A stretch of DNA of 64,000 nt from the NCBI GenBank assembly GCA_965226795.1, contig CBDDDZ010000004.1, forward strand, positions 544,001 through 608,000, read 5' to 3'. Below, piece after piece: positions 57,017 through 64,000 of this stretch (positions are counted from its first letter, which is position 1; the number at the start of each line of letters is the position of its first letter). This DNA is from Candidatus Latescibacterota bacterium. Lineage in GTDB: Bacteria > Latescibacterota > UBA2968 > GCA-2709665. The notes below the pieces were generated by a model, which was not told where the DNA came from, searched no databases, and worked only from the letters and a program-made list of their open reading frames with translations. Both the position numbers and the translations under genes were made by a program.

Positions 57017-57584
57017 AGATCCCCTGGGGCCCGAATTACGACTGTGCGCACGGGCCAAGTCTGTCTTCCACACATGCGAAGTACATTAGTTGACGCGGCA
57101 TCCTTCCCGTAAGCGTGGCCTTCAGGCACACTCGAAATATATCCCGATAGCCTATCCTTTTCAAGATGGGCAAGTTTTTTTTCCGGAAAACGTACGCCAG
57201 GCTGGTCGGATACCGACTGTAAAACCAGTCGTGCAGGGGGTCGCTACGCGGGCGCTGGGCTCCGCCTCATCGGCCGCCGCGCCCGCGTCAATTTCCGCCC
57301 CGAAGGGAGTTGTAAGGCATTCCAACATGAATTCCGCCTTTGTTTTCCGTTGACACGCTCCCACAATACCGCTTTCTTTCGCCTTCCTGCACGTGGCGTT
57401 TCGTCCCAGACTCACGGGGGTCTCGTGGCTTCCCAATGTCTCAGAGCCGATGGAGATCTCTGTCGAGAATTGTGCATTTCGTCACAATGCAGTCTTACAT
57501 TTTATACGCGCGCTCCAGCACGAAATTGACGGTTCACACGTGTACAGCTTTGTGGGACTTTTTTCGTCAAGGAAAGGCCAGCCA

Positions 57585-58385
57585 ATGAAAACCGTACGCG
57601 ACAGGCTCTGGATTTTCACCTGTGTGGCCGGGTCGGACAACGACTCTCTCACCCAGGCCGGGTACCCGCAGGGATCGCGCATGACACCAGCCGAAGGCGC
57701 GTTATTTCTGGATGTCCCCAACCTCCACATGATCCGGTGGCGCGGCCTGCCCGCGTATCCGTACGAGCAGTATGCCGTTACCTTTTCCTCGCTGAAACAG
57801 GTCACCTGGTCCATTGTGGGTAGCGGCGGCCAGGTGGAAGGAGATGAACTGCAAAGGGTTCTCGATCTCGCCGAGAGGCATCCCAACGTCACCGGCGTCT
57901 ATCTGGATGACTTCATGCGAAAAGACGGCCGAGGCGCCCTGGGCGTGGATGACCTGGCCAACATACGTCCGAGATTGAACGTTGCCGGCAGAAGGCTGGA
58001 CCTCTGGGTTGTCCTGTACGTCAAGCAACTCGACCTTCCCGTTTCCCCCTACCTCGAATTCTGTGACGTGGTCAATCTCTGGACCTGGAACTCCGAAGAT
58101 CTGCAAGACCTGGAACAGAACTTGGAACGTCTGGAAGCGGTCAACCCCGGCGGCCGTGTTTCCCTGGGGTGTTACCTCTGGGACTTCCATAACCAGCGCC
58201 CCGTTTCCATTCCGAAAATGGAGCACCAGTGTGAACTCGGTCTCCGGTGGCTCCGGGAAGGCCGTATCGAAACCATCGTTTTTCTCGCCAACACCACCTG
58301 CGACATCGGTATCGACTCCGCACCATGGACCCAGGCGTGGATCAGGAAGGTCGGCGATTTGACACTGGATCCGGCCCAGGCTTGA
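57585..58385 (+). CDS. Hypothetical protein, possible glycoside-hydrolase-like TIM barrel
   Basis: Clean 266-codon ORF with alternating beta/alpha pattern, GVYLDDF and LGCYLWD; fold is inference. Confidence 0.6.
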   Translation: MKTVRDRLWIFTCVAGSDNDSLTQAGYPQGSRMTPAEGALFLDVPNLHMIRWRGLPAYPYEQYAVTFSSLKQVTWSIVGSGGQVEGDELQRVLDLAERHPNVTGVYLDDFMRKDGRGALGVDDLANIRPRLNVAGRRLDLWVVLYVKQLDLPVSPYLEFCDVVNLWTWNSEDLQDLEQNLERLEAVNPGGRVSLGCYLWDFHNQRPVSIPKMEHQCELGLRWLREGRIETIVFLANTTCDIGIDSAPWTQAWIRKVGDLTLDPAQA

Positions 58386-58503
58386 ACGCGGGCACGGCGT
58401 TCGGTTCGGAAAATCCGACGCCGCAGAGCCAACAGATACAACGTGGAAATTTACACGCCTGACGGAGGTGTTGTCGCATTAGCGCAGATCGGAGACAGAC
58501 AAT

Positions 58504-59772
58504 ATGAATAGCAGCGAGCGAATTGGGGGCAATGTCGTCAAGAGCACCCACATAAAAAGCGAAGGACTTCATGCGTTCTACGCGGGAGGACAGACGTACA
58601 CGGGCGCGACCGGGGATAGAATCGTTGAAACGGTGACCTCCGAGGTCCTCCAATGGGTGACTCACGAGGATGGGCGCACAACCCTGGATGCCTGTTACGA
58701 CGGCACCTGGCTGAGGATGTCTGAAGATAATGGATCAAACTGGACGGATTGGGGTCCGAGGGTACGTTTCGACATCGAAATCGCGGAAGAGCAGTTGATG
58801 CCGGCTGGATTCAGCCTGGATACGAAGAACAACATCCTGTTACGTTTTTTCCGGGGGCAGAAGGCCGACAGGAGTTGCTACGGCTACATCAACCAGGGCG
58901 CCTATCGGGCATATTACAGCGTGTCCGGAGATCAGGGAGCAACCTGGAGCGATCCCGTCCAGATGATAGACCGACGGAAGCGTTTCGACGCGGATTGCTG
59001 GGGGCCGGGCTTCAACTATGGCGTGCGCGGCGGCATCCTCAACGGCAACCACTGCATCTGGCTGGAAGACGGGTCGGTGCTGGCGCCCTTTACGGAGTAC
59101 GAACGATTGGACGGTTCCAAGCCCTGGTATTTTCGGGTCGTCTGCGCACGTGGATATTGGAAGGACGACATGAGCGGGCTTGACTGGGAATTTGGAGATT
59201 TCATCGAGGTACCGCTCGAGAAAGCCACCGGTGGATGCTGCGAGCCGGCGATCACGGCATTGAATTCGGGTGCGCTGTTCGTCACTATGAGATGCCAGGG
59301 GAGCGAGGCTCAGGGTCTCTATTCCACGCCGTATACCGCCGTTTCGAAGGATGGTGGGATGAACTGGAGTGAACCCGAGCCGCTGGTCTATGACGATGGG
59401 ACGACCGTCTGGACCCCTGCCTCTGTTACTGCCTTTTTTGAATCCACTGTAACCGGCAAATCCTACTGGATCGCCAATATCCTGGATGGCCCCGTCTTCG
59501 GACAGATCCCTCGATATCCTCTGAAGATCGCCGAATTCGACCAGGACAATGCGTGTATTGTGAAAAACTCGGTCCGGCTCATACAGGACCGGCCCGACGA
59601 TGCGCATGAACTTGTGAGATACACCAACTTCGGGTGTTACGAAGACAGAAGAACGGGGCAATTGATTATCACGCTTCCCGAACAGTATCGTCGCAAGGGT
59701 TGGGATGAAATGGAAGAGCCGGAAGACTTTGCGGCGGATTGTGTCAAATACACGGTGGATATCGACACATAG
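58504..59772 (+). CDS. BNR/Asp-box beta-propeller (sialidase-like) protein
   Basis: Asp-boxes SEDNGSNW, SGDQGATW, SKDGGMNW. Confidence 0.8.
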   Translation: MNSSERIGGNVVKSTHIKSEGLHAFYAGGQTYTGATGDRIVETVTSEVLQWVTHEDGRTTLDACYDGTWLRMSEDNGSNWTDWGPRVRFDIEIAEEQLMPAGFSLDTKNNILLRFFRGQKADRSCYGYINQGAYRAYYSVSGDQGATWSDPVQMIDRRKRFDADCWGPGFNYGVRGGILNGNHCIWLEDGSVLAPFTEYERLDGSKPWYFRVVCARGYWKDDMSGLDWEFGDFIEVPLEKATGGCCEPAITALNSGALFVTMRCQGSEAQGLYSTPYTAVSKDGGMNWSEPEPLVYDDGTTVWTPASVTAFFESTVTGKSYWIANILDGPVFGQIPRYPLKIAEFDQDNACIVKNSVRLIQDRPDDAHELVRYTNFGCYEDRRTGQLIITLPEQYRRKGWDEMEEPEDFAADCVKYTVDIDT

Positions 59773-59813
59773 GCCTTTTATTACCATGAACGTGTGACCC
59801 CTAAGCCTTGCCA

Positions 59814-59862
59814 TGAGCTTGTCGAAGGGTCGGCGAAGATGTCGAAGGGCACCGTACGGTGC
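59814..59862. repeat. REP-like element between convergent genes
   Basis: TGAGCTTGTCGAAGGGTCGGCGAAG, 23/25 identical to 51563-51587, plus palindrome GCACCGTACGGTGC. Confidence 0.6.
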
Positions 59863-59942
59863 ACCCTGAGCGGTAAGAAGTTGACCTTTCTTGCCCTGCT
59901 GCAGACGAGGCGGATGTAAACTATAAGGTGCTTGCCATCGTA

Positions 59943-61634
59943 TCATCCCCCGTATTTGGAGATGAGATCGACAGTGACCTCATCTCCTTTTTTTTCTGCC
60001 CACGCACGCGGCGCGGCCCACACTGCGCCCGCCAGCTTCGGATCGGCGCCGCGTTCGAGATAGAAACGGGCCAGATCGTACTTGCCCCACCTGACCGCCC
60101 AACCTAGCGGTGTGGACTGAAGAAGTTCGTCAATGACGTTCAGATCGGCGCCGTGGTCGAGGAGGACGGTGGCAAAGGTGAGCCGTTCGGGTTCGGTCAT
60201 AATGGGTTCTCCCCACACAATACCACAGGCCGCCAGATGATGAGCAAGCCGGTACCCGAAACGACCCACGAGATTAGGGCTGACGCCATGGTCCAGAATC
60301 ATGCGGAAAATTTCAGGATAAACCGTGCGGTCAAACTCGCGGAACTTGCGGTGCGGATTGGTGCGCCAGAGTCGAAGGGGCTGCTCGAGCAGGCCGAACC
60401 AGCGACGGTCGTCTGGCGCCCAATCGAGTTGCCGCAGGCACATTCCCACAATATCGGGGTCGCCGCCGCATCCGGCCGCCCAGAGCAGCTTTTCCGCTAT
60501 CGACGGGTCGTTGGGGAGGGCGACTGCTGCGGCGGCGGTTTCAGCTTCGAATCCGATGGTGCCGTGATCCAGAATGCCGCCGTATCGAAACAACAATCCC
60601 TTCATCCGATCGTCGCGGTTATTGTACGCCGCGCCCACGGGATTGGCGCTGGCATAGATGCTGGCGTTGGGGTCGGCCCCGCGTTCGAGCAGGAGTTCTG
60701 CAATATCGTACTGTGAATTTGCGGCTGCGCGTGCGAGGGGTTGGCCCCAGGAATAGGGTTTGGATTCGTAGTGGTGCAGTTGATGCCGGTCGTCGGGATC
60801 CAGACCAAGGTCGAGCAGCAGGCGCAACATATCGATATTGTCATTCTCGGCCGCGATCGCCAGAAGACCATTTCGCTCGCTGTCGTTGGATTGAAAGCGT
60901 TCGGGATGGTCTTCGGCGCATGAGCGAACATATTCGATATCCCCGAGAGCGACCGCGGATTCTATAGATTGCTCGCATCCGGCCTGGAGCAGAATCCCCG
61001 CGCAGATCAGGCACCCTTCGTTGAGCGGCCTGTTTCGGCCGCGAATATTGTGCACGGCGCCGTCCAGGGGCGACTGTCCCTCGGGCGTGAGATGGGTGAT
61101 ATCGGCGCCGCGCCCGAGCAGTTCAAGAACGAGTTGGTAACAACCTTGGGACGCGGCGGCGTGAATAACGCTGCCGCCGTTGCGATGGCATGCGTCCAGC
61201 AGATCGGGTTGCCCATCCAGAATCCGGAGCGCATCCCTGTCCCGGCCCTCCCGGACAGCCTCGAAAAGCGCGTCGTTTTCCCCGGTAATTGTGATGTTCT
61301 TGCAATCGGCCAGTTTGCGTTTCTCGTCTTCTTCCCTCATAACGTGAACAATGTCGTCCAGGCCGCGTTCCCGCGCCATCGTCAAGGCGCCGGTCGCATC
61401 CCGGTGGGGATAGATGCCCGCATTGTGATTCGCACCCGCTTCCATAAGTACGCGGACGGCATCTGAGTGCTGATACATCACCGCATAGTGAATGGCCATA
61501 TGTTCGTTGTTCTCCGCCATGTGTACATTGACCAGGTCGGGCTGCGCATCGAGGATACGTCGGATTTTCGAAACATCACCCTTCGCTGCAGCTTTGCAAA
61601 GGTCCGCGACCCTGTAGACACCATTTGTCGTCAT
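59943..61634 (-). CDS. Ankyrin repeat protein
   Basis: Repeated HxAAxxG..LL.xGAD.N units, TPLGWAVRWG. Confidence 0.9.
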   Translation of the reverse strand: MTTNGVYRVADLCKAAAKGDVSKIRRILDAQPDLVNVHMAENNEHMAIHYAVMYQHSDAVRVLMEAGANHNAGIYPHRDATGALTMARERGLDDIVHVMREEDEKRKLADCKNITITGENDALFEAVREGRDRDALRILDGQPDLLDACHRNGGSVIHAAASQGCYQLVLELLGRGADITHLTPEGQSPLDGAVHNIRGRNRPLNEGCLICAGILLQAGCEQSIESAVALGDIEYVRSCAEDHPERFQSNDSERNGLLAIAAENDNIDMLRLLLDLGLDPDDRHQLHHYESKPYSWGQPLARAAANSQYDIAELLLERGADPNASIYASANPVGAAYNNRDDRMKGLLFRYGGILDHGTIGFEAETAAAAVALPNDPSIAEKLLWAAGCGGDPDIVGMCLRQLDWAPDDRRWFGLLEQPLRLWRTNPHRKFREFDRTVYPEIFRMILDHGVSPNLVGRFGYRLAHHLAACGIVWGEPIMTEPERLTFATVLLDHGADLNVIDELLQSTPLGWAVRWGKYDLARFYLERGADPKLAGAVWAAPRAWAEKKGDEVTVDLISKYGG

Positions 61635-61747
61635 ATCTGTTCCTTTCCGGGTTTACCGTTCATCCAATACCGCGAGCGATAGCCCTCACCGCCTGCGTTC
61701 AAACCTGAACACGAAATCCGGTAACCGCAGGTCTCGCCTCGAGCGGG

Positions 61748-62304
61748 TCAAAGGCCGTATTCGAACCTGAGATCCCTCGATACATCCGTCCGCTCCACAC
61801 TCCGTTTGATATCTTCCATCATTTCCAGCCACCTGTGTTCCTTGAATTTTTCAAAGTCGAGGACAAATCCAGGAAGCGCCCTGCTCTCGATCCGGCCGGC
61901 CGGCTCCTGCCCGAGAACCTCGAACTTCCCCACTCGAAGCTGGTACCAAGTCGCCGGTTTGCCGTTCTCCACGAACAGTGCCTCCTGTACCCCTGAAGCC
62001 TCATATATCTGAAGTTTTTGCCCAGATTGGTAAATCCGTGCTTGGACTCCATTTCCAGTACGAAATTCGGCGGCCCCTCGGAGACCTGGTGATCGTGGTT
62101 CTTTATACAGATTTGCCTGGGGCCGTTTCTCCGCACGATCACACCTACGTTTGGATAGACCATACAATCCGACTTACCGCCATAGCTGAGCCGTACCGGA
62201 GGGAAGAGAACCACGTCCATACCCGTAGCGAGCATACGATAGTAGTTGATTACGGTAAGCACGTCCGTGTGATCTCGCGAAACGTTCGCATCGGGTATCC
62301 ACAT
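61748..62304 (-). pseudogene. Uma2 (DUF820) family endonuclease, frameshifted
   Basis: GPPNFVLEM is in one frame and KLQIYEASGVQE...IESRALPGFVLD in the other; one extra A at the A5 run (62015-62019) joins them. Confidence 0.7.
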
Positions 62305-62385
62305 GATTATCCTCCTCCTACGTAGATTCCGTTCGTGGTCATCCCTGTTCCCTTCTCGATACGTCCTTAATCTGGATGGACGTTT

Positions 62386-64000
62386 TTATTCGTGGCGCAG
62401 AGCTTCTATGGGGTTAGCACTGGAGGCTTTAAAGCACTGGAATCCGACAACCAGCGACGTGGCGAAAACAGATCCCAATGCGCTGACAACAAAGGGGAAC
62501 AGGCCCATGTTTGCGCGATAGGCGAAATCTTGCAGCCAGTCTTGCATGAGGACATAAGCAAACGGCCATGCGATGAGATTGGCGATAAGCACCAGCTTTG
62601 TGAATTCGGCACCCAATAAGATCGCGATTTTGGCGATGGATGCACCGAAGACTTTGCGAATGCCAATCTCTTTGCGGCGGCGTTCGCCCGCGTGGGCGGC
62701 AAGACCAAGCAGGCCAATAGATGCGATGAGAAACGAGACTGCGAATCCAACGGCAAATATGCGTTGAAAGCGCCTGTATTTGCCGTAATTGATCTCCAAA
62801 CGGTCATCGAGAAACGCATACATGAATGGACGAACCGGGATATAGGTTTTCCAGATTTCTTCGAGGCCCTGCATGGTTTCGCCGATGTTTCCGGTAGCGA
62901 GTCGCAAGTTGACCACGCGAAATGAACGTGGGCGCAAAACAAAGGCATTGGCGCGTAGTTTTTCAGTCAGCCGGCGCATATGAAAGTCACCTACGACGCC
63001 GATGATCCAGCCTTCATTGTCGAGAAGTTTGAACGGTTTTCCAACGGGATTTTCAAGTCCGAGTTTCTCGACCGCTGTCTCGTTGAGAATATAAGCACTT
63101 TCAAAATCACTCTTGATGTCAACGGAAAAATTGCGCCCCGCAAGGATATCAACGCCGATCATGGGGAATAGATCTTCGTCAATACCGTATTGGCGTATCT
63201 CAAAAGCAGCGCCTGATGGATCCAAGACCATTTCTTTTCTGCTTGTCCAGCCTTCGCCTGGAAGGCTGGCAGATGCGGCTGCGGCGAGCACATTGGGGTA
63301 TTTGAGAAAGCGCTGTTTCACTTCGTTGTAGGTATTTCTTAGCGACCCATCGACATCAAAGATACGGAGCGCGAGGATGTTTTCTTTTTCAAACCCCAGG
63401 TCTTTTTTCAGGACATAGTCGAGTTGGACAAAGGCGACAAGGGCGACAAAAACGAGAAAAATGGAGATGGCAAACTGGGAGATCACGAAAACCTTGCGAG
63501 GGAATGATCCGCTGGACCCCGAGGCGGTTTGGCTGTGCAATGCGGTAATAGGTGAAAATCGGCTGAGGAGAAAGGCTGGATAAATGCCCGAGAACAGACC
63601 GACCAGAACCGTTGCAGCCAAGAGTACAATCGCGATGTTCGGCTCTAAGAATGCAGAGAGTGTATCCGTTTGTCCCACGATTTGTTGCCAGTAAGGCCGG
63701 GTTATGCCCGTGAGGATAAGGCACAAGGGCAGTGCGAGAAAGGTGAGCAAAACAGACTCAAGGAGGAATTGGGATGCCAATTGTCGTTGACCTGCACCGA
63801 CGACCTTTCGCATACCCACTTCCTTGGCCCGAAGGGCCGCGCGCGCGGTAGAGAGATTGATAAAGTTGATACAGGCGACGAATAAGACGAGCATGCCAAT
63901 GGAGGCGAGGGTACGAACCGCTTTGAGATCGCCGGCGGCAATGCCAGTGCCCGGACCACTGATGCCTTCGGGGAAATCTTCAGGGCCATAGAGACGCATA
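62386..64000 (-). CDS. MacB/FtsX-type ABC transporter permease (5' end outside the window)
   Basis: ACINFINLSTAR..RAKEVGMRKVVGA, RRKEIGIRKVFGAS, ANPIEALRHE. Confidence 0.95.
   Translation of the reverse strand, partial: MRLYGPEDFPEGISGPGTGIAAGDLKAVRTLASIGMLVLFVACINFINLSTARAALRAKEVGMRKVVGAGQRQLASQFLLESVLLTFLALPLCLILTGITRPYWQQIVGQTDTLSAFLEPNIAIVLLAATVLVGLFSGIYPAFLLSRFSPITALHSQTASGSSGSFPRKVFVISQFAISIFLVFVALVAFVQLDYVLKKDLGFEKENILALRIFDVDGSLRNTYNEVKQRFLKYPNVLAAAASASLPGEGWTSRKEMVLDPSGAAFEIRQYGIDEDLFPMIGVDILAGRNFSVDIKSDFESAYILNETAVEKLGLENPVGKPFKLLDNEGWIIGVVGDFHMRRLTEKLRANAFVLRPRSFRVVNLRLATGNIGETMQGLEEIWKTYIPVRPFMYAFLDDRLEINYGKYRRFQRIFAVGFAVSFLIASIGLLGLAAHAGERRRKEIGIRKVFGASIAKIAILLGAEFTKLVLIANLIAWPFAYVLMQDWLQDFAYRANMGLFPFVVSALGSVFATSLVVGFQCFKASSANPIEALRHE

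Overview
GC-rich bacterial chromosome segment. GWxTD and PorV-like proteins, paired EF-hand/dockerin-like modules, plant-type LRR and ankyrin proteins and three Gfo/Idh/MocA enzymes suggest an FCB-group organism such as Latescibacterota or Gemmatimonadota, possibly a marine sponge symbiont (inference only). Core content: rpe plus a PASTA gene; uppS-cdsA-dxr-rseP; a dcw cluster (mraZ-rsmH-ftsL-ftsI-murE-murF-ftsW-murG-murC-murB-ftsQ-ftsA-ftsZ) that lacks mraY, murD and ddl; and metabolic genes (opine dehydrogenase, moaB, purple acid phosphatase, HDAC-family, pheA with an aminotransferase, class III aminotransferase with E1 alpha/beta). Accessory content: (i) a ~4.6 kb integrase-free insertion carrying two EF-hand+LRR genes, flanked by two copies of the last 60 bp of a PorV-like gene that differ only at synonymous positions, which is the strongest candidate for something undescribed; (ii) a cluster of REP-like palindromes at 51.2-51.8 kb; (iii) a decayed region at 52-54 kb with a probable IS3 remnant, a multiply disrupted gene containing a perfect 146-bp direct repeat around a 34-bp IS-end-like spacer, and an LRR fragment, next to a helicase IV-like gene. 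No tRNA, rRNA, CRISPR array, reverse transcriptase or intact integrase/transposase was seen. All family assignments come from motif reading, not database searches.
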